From an uncultured Ruminococcus sp. (GTDB lineage: Bacteria; Bacillota; Clostridia; Oscillospirales; Ruminococcaceae): a DNA stretch of 54,085 nucleotides. The notes beneath the pieces were generated by a model. The model saw only the letters and a list, made by a program, of their open reading frames with translations. It did no database searches and was not told the origin of the DNA. Shown in pieces: positions 29,027-37,117 of the stretch. Position 1 is the stretch's first letter, and each line of letters opens with the position of its first letter. A program made the translations under genes and the position numbers. The stretch spans positions 1 to 54,085 of the forward strand of contig CACXGK010000069.1 in assembly GCA_902767115.1 (NCBI GenBank), written 5' to 3'.

Positions 29027-29075
29027 TGACTTTCCCGTGACTTTCATATAAGAGAAACGTCACATTCGGGTCACA
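29027..29075 (-). promoter_or_regulatory. candidate response-regulator operator upstream of the ABC exporter operon
   Basis: Read on the minus strand: TGTGACccgaaTGTGACgtttc-tcttatat-GAAAGTCAcggGAAAGTCAtg. This gives two 11-bp-spaced direct repeats in inverted arrangement. They sit just upstream of an extended -10 (TGcTATACT, plus-strand 29010-15) that lacks a good -35. Confidence 0.35.
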
Positions 29076-29102
29076 AAAATACCCCTTCCCGTAAGGAAGG
29101 GG
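29072..29102 (-). terminator. rho-independent terminator after the amino-acid ABC ATPase gene
   Basis: CCCCTTCC / GGAAGGGG stem, followed on the minus strand by TATTTTTGTG. Confidence 0.75.
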
Positions 29103-29111
29103 CACAGATCA

Positions 29112-29855
29112 TCAGAATTTCGACAAAAACTGCTTGACACGTTCGGAAGCATCCTCACCAAACAGCTTATCCGGCTCGCCCTGCTCCACGATCACGCCGC
29201 CCTCCATGAAGATCACACGATCCGCAACCTCTCTTGCGAACGCCATCTCATGGGTGACAATGACCATCGTCATGCCCTCAGCAGCAAGCTCCTTGATGAC
29301 TTTGAGGATCTCACCGGTCAGCTCCGGGTCGAGCGCCGAGGTCGGCTCGTCAAAGAACAGGATCTCCGGGTTCAGCGCCAGCGCCCTTGCAATGGATACA
29401 CGCTGCTGCTGACCGCCGGACAGCTCGCACGGATACGCATCCTCCTTGGCGGCAAGTCCCATCTTTTTGAGCAGCTCACGGGCACGCTCCAGCGAAGCCG
29501 CCTTATCCTGTTTGAGGACACACTTAGGCGCTTCCGTGATGTTGCGCAGCACCGTCATATGCGGAAACAGATTGAAATTCTGGAACACCAGCCCAGTTTT
29601 CAGCCGGATCGCACGCAGGGTCTTGTGATCCTTGTAGCCGTCCTTGGTGAGCATATCCTCGCCGCAGACACGAATGGTACCGCCCTCAGCGTGTTCAAGC
29701 TGGGTCAGGCAGCGCAGCAAAGTCGATTTGCCGGAACCGGACGGTCCGATCACCGCAATGACCTCACCCTGTTCCACCTGAAAGCTGATATCCCGCAGCA
29801 CCGGGAGATCCCCGAAGCTCTTGCGTAAATTCTGCACAGAAAGCATTTCTGCCAT
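29112..29855 (-). CDS. polar amino-acid ABC transporter ATP-binding protein (GlnQ-like)
   Basis: 247 aa. It carries GPSGSGKST, LSGGQQQRVSIARAL, FDEPTSALD and VTHEM. Confidence 0.93.
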   Translation of the reverse strand: MAEMLSVQNLRKSFGDLPVLRDISFQVEQGEVIAVIGPSGSGKSTLLRCLTQLEHAEGGTIRVCGEDMLTKDGYKDHKTLRAIRLKTGLVFQNFNLFPHMTVLRNITEAPKCVLKQDKAASLERARELLKKMGLAAKEDAYPCELSGGQQQRVSIARALALNPEILFFDEPTSALDPELTGEILKVIKELAAEGMTMVIVTHEMAFAREVADRVIFMEGGVIVEQGEPDKLFGEDASERVKQFLSKF

Positions 29856-29870
29856 AACAGGTACCTCCTC

Positions 29871-30584
29871 TTAACGATAATAGCTCAGTTTCTTCTCGAT
29901 CAGGCTGAACAGCAGCGTCAGGAGCGTTGCCATCACGAAATAGAACACACCCGCCATAAACAGCGGTGTCAGCGAGCTGTAGGTGGTCATCTGCTTTTTG
30001 GCGATGTACATGATCTCCATGTAACCCATCGCATACGCCAGGGAAGTGTCCTTTACGAGCGTAATGATCTCATTGGAGGACGCCGGCAGCACACGCTTGA
30101 CGACCTGCGGCAGGATGATGCGGAAAAACGTCTGAAGTCTGGAAAATCCGAGCATATCCGCCGCCTCGTACTGTCCCTTCGGGATGGACTCGATGCCGCC
30201 ACGAAAGACCTCTGCGAAGTAGGCTGCATAGTTGAGCACAAACGCCAGCAAAATCATCCGGAACATATACACATCCCCGGCATCACCCTTGAGCTCGACG
30301 TGGTCGAGCAGGGTTTTGAGAAACGCCGGACAGTGCGCATTGCTCCGCAGCGTCGGAACAGAGTAGTACACCACAATGATCTGGAGCAGCAGCGGCGTAC
30401 CACGCATGATGAGGATATAGAACTTTGTAAGAACCGAGATCGGCTTGAACTTGCACATTTTGAGCAGCGCCACGACCATGCCGAGCGGAATGGCGTAGAG
30501 CAGCGTAAACGCAAATAATTTCAGTGTCGGTGTCAGGTATTGCAGCATCAATAGAAAGAGATGCCAGGTTTCTTCGCCAGTCAT
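29871..30584 (-). CDS. polar amino-acid ABC transporter permease (His/Glu/Gln/Arg/opine family)
   Basis: The start MTGEETWHLF follows AAAGGAG. The EAA loop is present (EAADMLGFSRLQTFFRIILPQ). The longer ORF reaching 30719 would span its own promoter. Confidence 0.9.
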   Translation of the reverse strand: MTGEETWHLFLLMLQYLTPTLKLFAFTLLYAIPLGMVVALLKMCKFKPISVLTKFYILIMRGTPLLLQIIVVYYSVPTLRSNAHCPAFLKTLLDHVELKGDAGDVYMFRMILLAFVLNYAAYFAEVFRGGIESIPKGQYEAADMLGFSRLQTFFRIILPQVVKRVLPASSNEIITLVKDTSLAYAMGYMEIMYIAKKQMTTYSSLTPLFMAGVFYFVMATLLTLLFSLIEKKLSYYR

Positions 30585-30644
30585 GGGCAGAGTCTCCTTT
30601 TGGAATAAAGTTTTGCCGGTTTTGTAAAAACAGCAGACAACCTT

Positions 30645-30673
30645 ATTATACCATATTTCGGCATGGATTGCAA
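30645..30673 (-). promoter_or_regulatory. sigma-A promoter of the amino-acid ABC operon
   Basis: Minus-strand TTGCAA, a 17-nt spacer and TGgTATAAT. Confidence 0.6.
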
Positions 30674-30826
30674 GTAGCAATTCTGCTTTCCGGCGCATCA
30701 TTGAACCGTCATTCTGCACAAACCGAGCTCCTAATATTTGTCACATCTGCCGCCATACATTTCCGCCCACTCATCCGTACCAAAGGACAGAAAGGGCAAA
30801 AGCCCACACAAAAAGGAGGAATCATT

Positions 30827-32233
30827 ATGATGAAACATAGAAAAGCATTTGCGATCCTTGCAGCCCTCGTGCTGCTCACAGCCACCGGCTGCGGCGCCAA
30901 CAAGGAAAACGCCGCCAGTGACGCCGCCCTCACGACCGCAGCCCCCAATGCGCTCATTCAAGATAATGGCGATGTGGAAATCGCCGAGGAAGCAGAAGCC
31001 GACTTGGCAGGTGAAGCACCGGCAATGGCAGACGAAGCCAAGTCCGCATCCATCGATTCTGCCCGTGGCGAAAGCGCCGGTGCAGCCGCAGAATACGGCG
31101 AAGCGTACTCCTACAGCAGTGTTTTGAACGGACTGGACGGCGCATCGGCGGAGATGCCTGCCATGGACGCTCCCGTCCCCGCTCCGGACGAACCCATCAT
31201 TGAGACCCGTCCCGGCGAAGTCGGAGTCCTGACAGCAGGGGAGTGGCGTGACCATGAGAACTGGGGATTCTTCACGAACCTGGTCAACACCGACCTCATC
31301 CAGTTCCCAAGCTTTGGCTTAGACCCGTGCCACCGCATCAGTGTGACCGTCACGAATGCCGCCGGAGAGAGCGTCCCCAACGCCAAGGTCACCTTGCTTG
31401 ACAGTGACGGCGCTCCCATCTGGCACAGCGTTTCGGACAAGAACGGCATTGCCTATCTCTTTGAAGCCAACGGCAAAACCGGCGCCACCCTGACCGCATC
31501 CCTCGACGGCGCAGAGGTCAGCGCTGACGTACCGGCAAGTGCGGAAAGCGATTCCCAGGGCGCCCCGGCGCTTTGCAGCGACAAGGCGGTTGCGCTCACG
31601 CTCGACACCGCCCCCGTTGCTTTACCCAACACGCAGATCATGTTCATCGTGGACACGACAGGCTCGATGGGCGATGAAATGCTCTATCTCCAGAGCGATT
31701 TCACAGCGATCGCAGAGGAAGTCGGTGACGCCGGCACGCAGTACGCCGCCTTGTTCTACAAGGACGATGGTGACGAGTACATCACCCACTACGAGGGTTT
31801 CACGAACGACGTTTCGCTCCTCAAACAGCGCCTGAACGCCGAACGTGCGAACGGCGGCGGTGACGAACCGGAGGCAGTTGCCCAGGCAATGACGGAAGCC
31901 TTTGTCACAGAAAACTGGCAGGACGACGCCGTGAAGGTCGCATTCCTCATCTACGACGCACCGCCCCACAACGGCAGGGAAGGGGAGCTCCAGACTGCCA
32001 TTGAGCGTGCTTCCGAGCTTGGCATTCACCTGGTACCGGTCGTATCCTCCAACGGTTCCAGAGAAACGGAGCTGTTCGGACGTGCCGCAGCGATCTGCAC
32101 CAACGGCAGCTATGTGTTCCTGACGGACGATTCCGGCATTGGCGGCTCACACCTCGAACCGATCATCGGAGACCACGAGGTCGAGAAGCTCCATGACATC
32201 ATCGTGCGCATCATCCAGAATTACAAGCAATAA
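30827..32233 (+). CDS. probable lipoprotein with von Willebrand factor A (vWA) domain
   Basis: The start MMKHRKAFAILAALVLLTATGCG gives a signal peptide ending in Cys, after AAAGGAGG. An acidic Ala-rich linker follows. The MIDAS-like motif is IMFIVDTTGSMGDEM. The ORF upstream of 30827 overlaps the divergent promoter. Confidence 0.8.
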   Translation: MMKHRKAFAILAALVLLTATGCGANKENAASDAALTTAAPNALIQDNGDVEIAEEAEADLAGEAPAMADEAKSASIDSARGESAGAAAEYGEAYSYSSVLNGLDGASAEMPAMDAPVPAPDEPIIETRPGEVGVLTAGEWRDHENWGFFTNLVNTDLIQFPSFGLDPCHRISVTVTNAAGESVPNAKVTLLDSDGAPIWHSVSDKNGIAYLFEANGKTGATLTASLDGAEVSADVPASAESDSQGAPALCSDKAVALTLDTAPVALPNTQIMFIVDTTGSMGDEMLYLQSDFTAIAEEVGDAGTQYAALFYKDDGDEYITHYEGFTNDVSLLKQRLNAERANGGGDEPEAVAQAMTEAFVTENWQDDAVKVAFLIYDAPPHNGREGELQTAIERASELGIHLVPVVSSNGSRETELFGRAAAICTNGSYVFLTDDSGIGGSHLEPIIGDHEVEKLHDIIVRIIQNYKQ

Positions 32234-32237
32234 CAAG

Positions 32238-32269
32238 AAAACCGCCGGGCTTCCAAACCCGGCGGTTTT
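32238..32269. terminator. bidirectional terminator between the vWA gene and the GGDEF-EAL gene
   Basis: A 12-bp stem AAAACCGCCGGG / CCCGGCGGTTTT. Confidence 0.8.
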
Positions 32270-32271
32270 GA

Positions 32272-34014
32272 TTATGTCAGATCAATGTCATACTGGCGGT
32301 TCCCGGAAAGGCGGTTCTCGAATATGTCATGCGGCAAGGGCTTGTCAAACAGATAGCCCTGTGCCATATTGCAATGAACGCTCTTGAGGAATTCCGCCTG
32401 ATGGGAAGTCTCCACACCCTCGGAAATGATCTCCAGATTGAGGGACTGCGCCATGCGCACGATATTCTCCACGATGATCTCATCCGTCCGATAGTCGATG
32501 TTCTCCAGCGTTATTCGATCAAGGAAGGACTTGTCCAGCTTGATGATATCCATCTGGAACTCACGCAGCATATTCAGCGAAGAATAGCCGGTTCCGAAGT
32601 CATCGATCGATGTAGAGATCCCCTGGCTGCGCATCTGCTGAAAGAAAGCGAGCATCGCATCGTGGTTCTTGGCGCCGGACATTTCGGTCAGCTCGACTTC
32701 AATGTACTTGCTGTCCACGTTGTACTGCTGCATGATGCGGAGAATGGTCTTCGCCAGATTATGATCCTGCAAATGCTGCTGCGAGAAATTGACCGATACC
32801 CGAACCGGTTCAATGCCCCGGTCAAGCCAGTCCCGGATATCCTTGCAGACACGCTCAAACACATAGAAGTCGAGGTCGCAGACGGTGCCTTCCTTTTCGA
32901 GGACAGGGATAAAGTCCATCGGCGGCACGATCTCGCCGTTGTGATACCAGCGGCAAAGCGCCTCACAGCCGCAGAGCGTGCGGTCTTCCAGCGTAACCTT
33001 CGGCTGATAATACACCAGAAATTCCCCGGTACGCAGCGCCGTTGTAAAGAGCTGTGAGATCTGTTTTTCGTGCATGATGCGATCCTTCATCTCCGGGTGA
33101 TACCAGAGCTGGTCGCCGGCAGTACCGGAACGCTTCACGACATTCAATGCGATCGTTGCGCAGTTGAGTGTGCGGTCAATGTCGTCCTGCGGCTGGATGT
33201 TGTAAGCACCAACGTGCGCCGCAATCGGGAACACACGCTCATGCCCGTTGATCGAGACCGTGATCGGCAGCTCATGTAGCATCTTCAGAATTTGCGGAGT
33301 GTTTTCCTTCCGGACAAGCAGTACGAAATTGTCACCGCCCGGACGACCCATGCGTTCATCCTCACGCAGAGAAGCCATAATGGTGCGGCAGTATTTGACC
33401 AGGATCTCATCGCCGAGGTGCTGCCCGACGGTCTGATTGATGTACTTGAAATTCTTGAGATTCAGGAAAATGCCGTCAAATCCACGCAGCCAGCCCATCT
33501 GTCCGAGCTGCACACCGTACTTGATAAAGCCGCCCATGTTCAGCGCACCGGTCAGAGAATCGGTGGAGATCACACGCTGCAGCAGGCGGCTCATACGAGA
33601 TCTGCCGCAGAGCATAAAGAGGTTTTCACAAATAAAATGAATGTAATCCCGTTCTGCTTCTGACCATTGCACACCTATTTTCGGATATACCAGCACAGTG
33701 AAGGTGCCGTTGTCACCGGACTGAAATACCGTCTGGATCTCCTGTTCCATATCAATATTGTCTGGCGATCCATAAAGGACTCCATTCGTATGCTGTCCAT
33801 CCGGTGCGACCAGACTTTTAGGCGCACTCATGTAAATGACCAGATATCCGAGTCTGAGCTTTTCGCCAAGGGGTGGGAATTCCTTCATCAATGAAGCGAC
33901 GAGCTCATCATCCGTATTCATATTCTGTCCCATCTTGCGCATAAAACGCATATACTCCGCCGAACACATTGTAAAAGAATCTGTAGGCGTTTGCAGATTA
34001 TCATGCATTTCCAT
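32272..34014 (-). CDS. c-di-GMP signalling protein: unknown N-terminal domain + degenerate GGDEF + EAL phosphodiesterase domain
   Basis: 580 aa. The GGDEF-domain signature reads RPGGDNF, with E replaced by N. The EAL domain keeps CEALCRW, DDFGTGYSSL, IKLDKSF, EGVET and QGYLF. Confidence 0.9.
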   Translation of the reverse strand: MEMHDNLQTPTDSFTMCSAEYMRFMRKMGQNMNTDDELVASLMKEFPPLGEKLRLGYLVIYMSAPKSLVAPDGQHTNGVLYGSPDNIDMEQEIQTVFQSGDNGTFTVLVYPKIGVQWSEAERDYIHFICENLFMLCGRSRMSRLLQRVISTDSLTGALNMGGFIKYGVQLGQMGWLRGFDGIFLNLKNFKYINQTVGQHLGDEILVKYCRTIMASLREDERMGRPGGDNFVLLVRKENTPQILKMLHELPITVSINGHERVFPIAAHVGAYNIQPQDDIDRTLNCATIALNVVKRSGTAGDQLWYHPEMKDRIMHEKQISQLFTTALRTGEFLVYYQPKVTLEDRTLCGCEALCRWYHNGEIVPPMDFIPVLEKEGTVCDLDFYVFERVCKDIRDWLDRGIEPVRVSVNFSQQHLQDHNLAKTILRIMQQYNVDSKYIEVELTEMSGAKNHDAMLAFFQQMRSQGISTSIDDFGTGYSSLNMLREFQMDIIKLDKSFLDRITLENIDYRTDEIIVENIVRMAQSLNLEIISEGVETSHQAEFLKSVHCNMAQGYLFDKPLPHDIFENRLSGNRQYDIDLT

Positions 34015-34269
34015 TCCCCCATTCGGAAGCCAGGATCAGGGCACACTTTACCCTGTTACCTTACTATTATACCATAATTCTTGCATAAAGTAAATAGTTT
34101 TCTGCAATAATCCAGAAATGTTTTTCTATTCTGTTATAATTTTATCTATCAATTTTTACAAAAATCACATACAAAAAGCGCCCCCGCAACGAAAGGCGCA
34201 TACAGAAGTTTTGCCCTCTGCGTGTGACAAAGCACGCAGGGGCATTGTAAAGTACCTATACGATTGATG

Positions 34270-35100
34270 TTACAGGAGTTTGCCGAGTTCCTTTGCGAAT
34301 TGTTCCGGGTGTTCTGAAATAAACATATGTGTGCTTTCCGGAAAGGCAACCGCTTTGAAAGGAACATTTGCATGAGTTTGATACCATTCTGCAAGCTCCG
34401 GCGAGAACAGTGAACCCGGTACAGCATAAAAGTAGGTCAGCGGAACCGTTATTTTTTCGATCACATCACGATTATCCTGTGCTTTCATTGAGGCTGACAG
34501 ACTTCTCAGAACGGATTCATCACAGTTCACGAGTCTTTTTTTCAGTATCATGCGTAAAAGGAATCCCGGTATCTTGCGAAGCCTCGGAATCGCACCCACG
34601 GCAAATTCCTGATATAGAGGCAGAAACTTCTTTCCTGCATCCTTTTGCATTTCCTGAGCAGTGTATTTACCCTGATACAATCCAAGCTTCCATTCGCTGT
34701 CATTGAGCTGTTTCGGCGTCATATCGCACAGTACGACCTGTTTGAGTGCTGAACACCCGTAAAGGCGGATATAATTCATAGCCACCCCAGAACCCATCGA
34801 CCAGCCTACAAGTGTCACATCAGACAGCGCCAACCCCTCGATGATCTCATGCAAATCGCTCGCTAACGTTTCCATTGTGACGTTTTCCTTGTTTGCATCC
34901 TTGCTTCCACCGTGTCCTCTATGGTCGTAAATGATGCAGCGTGCCTTATCCTTCAGCAGTGCGGCGGGTTCGGAATAAATTTCATGACTGCTTGTCCAGC
35001 CATGCATCATTATAACAGGTTGACCACTTCCGGAATCTTCATAATACAGTTTCATACCGCTTTTCAGCTTAAATTCACTCATTGTCACAGATCCCTCCAA
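34270..35100 (-). CDS. alpha/beta-fold hydrolase
   Basis: 276 aa. It shows the HGW oxyanion region (VIMMHGWTSS) and the nucleophile elbow GWSMG. The start could instead be the ATG at 35082 (MSEFKL). Confidence 0.85.
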   Translation of the reverse strand: MEGSVTMSEFKLKSGMKLYYEDSGSGQPVIMMHGWTSSHEIYSEPAALLKDKARCIIYDHRGHGGSKDANKENVTMETLASDLHEIIEGLALSDVTLVGWSMGSGVAMNYIRLYGCSALKQVVLCDMTPKQLNDSEWKLGLYQGKYTAQEMQKDAGKKFLPLYQEFAVGAIPRLRKIPGFLLRMILKKRLVNCDESVLRSLSASMKAQDNRDVIEKITVPLTYFYAVPGSLFSPELAEWYQTHANVPFKAVAFPESTHMFISEHPEQFAKELGKLL

Positions 35101-35243
35101 ATTGCGATTATCTTTATTACAATTATAGCAAAGCTTCTCTGTTATGTCAATAGAAAAGCCATAGTACTTCTGACTGTATACCAGAAATACTATGGCTCAA
35201 AACTTCTTTATGCGTACCGACCTAAAGCAGGCGTGCTTTTTTA

Positions 35244-36947
35244 TCAAGCAATCTCAAAATATTCCGCAATGGTCTTTGCTTCCGCAGCCGCCATACGTTT
35301 GAGATTCTGGTCATCCATGAGCCAGTAGGTTGCTCTGAGGTTGGTATGGTAGCTGTGTTCGAGGAGGATACCCGGAGTGCCGACCTGCTTTGCGCCACGC
35401 AGAACGCCGTAGTAATCCAGATCAGGGAACTTTACGCCACGGCGCTTCCAGATGCTGCCGCCCTGGCGGGTCTGCATGACCTCCGCAACGGTATCCGCAA
35501 GCTGCTGACCAAGCACATCGGTGGAACCATCGATCATGCAGCAGGCGAGAGGTCCGTCCACGGAATAATCCGAGCAAGCGTTACTGTGAACGCTCAGGAA
35601 CAGATCACAGCCCTCGGAGCATCTGCCACGGGCTTCGAGATCCATGTCGGTCTCCTTGTCTTCACGTGTCGTGATGACCTCAATGCCGTACTCCTCCAGC
35701 GCATCCACGAGATACAGATGATGCTTCCAGGTGAAGTCGGATTCCCAGTAAGCGGAGTTGACCGGGCTGTGGTTGTATTTTGCGTAATGACCGGCATCGA
35801 TGCAGATCTTGACAGAAACGTAAGAACCGTCCTCACGGAACTTGCAGGTCTTGCCATCGATCTCTGCCTCGCTGGTGACCTGAGAGCCGTCCTCGTTGAA
35901 ATAGAAGGTCTTGCCGTCGATATCGTACCAGCCGGTCGCCATCAGACCAGTGTTTTCATCAAAATAGAAGGTCGTATCATCGTCCTGCTCATACCAGCCG
36001 AGCACCAGAGAGCCGTTGTCAGTCGTCAGGCGCTTGCCGTCCTCTGTGGTGATCCAGCCGACCTGCATAGCGCCGTCCGCATCGAGGTAATAGAGCTTGC
36101 CATTGATATTCTGCAAGCCAGTCTCCATGACGCCGTCCGAACCGAAATAATGCATAGCGCCGTCAATATCGCACCAGGAATCCTTCAGGAACGATGCGGT
36201 CTGGTCGAAATAATAGGTCTTGCCGACGATCTCAGTCAGACCGGTATTCATCAGCGTGCCGTTCTCCGCAAAGTAATACTCCTTGCCCTCGACTTCCTTC
36301 CAGCCGCAGCTCAGGGAATAATCCTCGTTGCCGTAATAGGTCACATCGCCGTCCTCGATCCAACCCTTCTGGAGCACGCCCTTGCTGTTTGCATAGTAAA
36401 GCGCATAGCCCAGCGGCTTCTGCACATCACCAGCGCCGTTGCGGGCTGCATAGATCAGAAGATCCGCACCGTCCGCAGAATCAATGTTTTTGTCGCCGTT
36501 GATGTCAGCAAGCTGAAGTGCCTGGTAGTCAGTGCTGATATCCTCCGAGGATGCAGCGAGCAGCTCCTCCGCCTTCTTGTTATCAGCAGCCGCTTCCGCA
36601 GACGCCATCAGGATACGAGCCGCATCGGATGCATCCGGAGCGCCGTTGCTGTCGAGGTCACCCTTGACATAGTCCGGGGTCACGCTGAACAGACCAGTCA
36701 GCGCCTTGCCGCCGTCGAGGTAGGAAACGGAACCGTCCTTAGCGGTCACAAGACCGTCCTTACCGGGCTTTTCTGCAAGTACGCACGTTACATTCGCCAC
36801 GCTTTTGGTGCCGAGTGTTTCGTCCGGATCCGCTGCAGCCAGAGCAGTGGTCTGCTCCTCCGCAGCAGCCTGCACACCCACGCAGCTGGTCGCCAGCAGA
36901 ACACCGCTGAGCATCGCACCTAAAACCATCTGTAACTTCAATATCAT
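35244..36947 (-). CDS. N-acetylmuramoyl-L-alanine amidase with dockerin-like module and cell-wall-binding repeats
   Basis: Domain order from the N-terminus:
- a signal peptide;
- dockerin-like Ca-binding repeats (GDLDSNGAPDASDAARIL, DINGDKNIDSADGADLLIY);
- about 8 choline/glucan-binding-type repeats (GWxxxDGKxYYFDxxG);
- a C-terminal Amidase_3-like domain (IDAGH..., FLSVHSNA, LLEHSYHTN). Confidence 0.85.
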   Translation of the reverse strand: MILKLQMVLGAMLSGVLLATSCVGVQAAAEEQTTALAAADPDETLGTKSVANVTCVLAEKPGKDGLVTAKDGSVSYLDGGKALTGLFSVTPDYVKGDLDSNGAPDASDAARILMASAEAAADNKKAEELLAASSEDISTDYQALQLADINGDKNIDSADGADLLIYAARNGAGDVQKPLGYALYYANSKGVLQKGWIEDGDVTYYGNEDYSLSCGWKEVEGKEYYFAENGTLMNTGLTEIVGKTYYFDQTASFLKDSWCDIDGAMHYFGSDGVMETGLQNINGKLYYLDADGAMQVGWITTEDGKRLTTDNGSLVLGWYEQDDDTTFYFDENTGLMATGWYDIDGKTFYFNEDGSQVTSEAEIDGKTCKFREDGSYVSVKICIDAGHYAKYNHSPVNSAYWESDFTWKHHLYLVDALEEYGIEVITTREDKETDMDLEARGRCSEGCDLFLSVHSNACSDYSVDGPLACCMIDGSTDVLGQQLADTVAEVMQTRQGGSIWKRRGVKFPDLDYYGVLRGAKQVGTPGILLEHSYHTNLRATYWLMDDQNLKRMAAAEAKTIAEYFEIA

Positions 36948-36993
36948 TCAACTCCTTTGGTGGTTGTCATCGATTTGTAACTTAACTTCTTAT

Positions 36994-37022
36994 ACTATAG
37001 CACATTTTATACTATTTGTCAA
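36994..37022 (-). promoter_or_regulatory. sigma-A promoter of the amidase gene
   Basis: Minus-strand TTGACA, a 17-nt spacer and TGcTATAGT. Confidence 0.6.
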
Positions 37023-37071
37023 GCCATTTTAGCCAAAAAACGACTTAAAATTTGTCACATCTCACGATTTT

Positions 37072-37111
37072 TCGCCAAAGAACGCCCCTTCCGGTCAGTC
37101 CGGAGGGGGCG
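37072..37111 (-). terminator. rho-independent terminator after the pectate-lyase-like gene
   Basis: Stem CGCCCCCTCCGG / CCGGAAGGGGCG, followed on the minus strand by TTCTTTGG. Confidence 0.7.
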
Positions 37112-37117
37112 AATTTG

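Noticed and set aside
30524-30826. A 101-codon N-terminal extension of the vWA lipoprotein ORF.
   Set aside because: It overlaps the start of the divergent ABC permease gene and its promoter. A canonical signal peptide with SD begins at 30827.
30585-30826. A riboswitch or T-box upstream of the amino-acid ABC operon.
   Set aside because: The promoter-to-ATG leader is only about 55 nt and has no conserved riboswitch blocks.
24864-32233. A possible vWA-PP2C 'ternary' conflict-system-like association, given that PP2C and a vWA protein lie within 6 kb.
   Set aside because: The two genes are separated by two unrelated ABC operons on the opposite strand. They have separate promoters and terminators. 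No Ser/Thr kinase or FHA partner is present.
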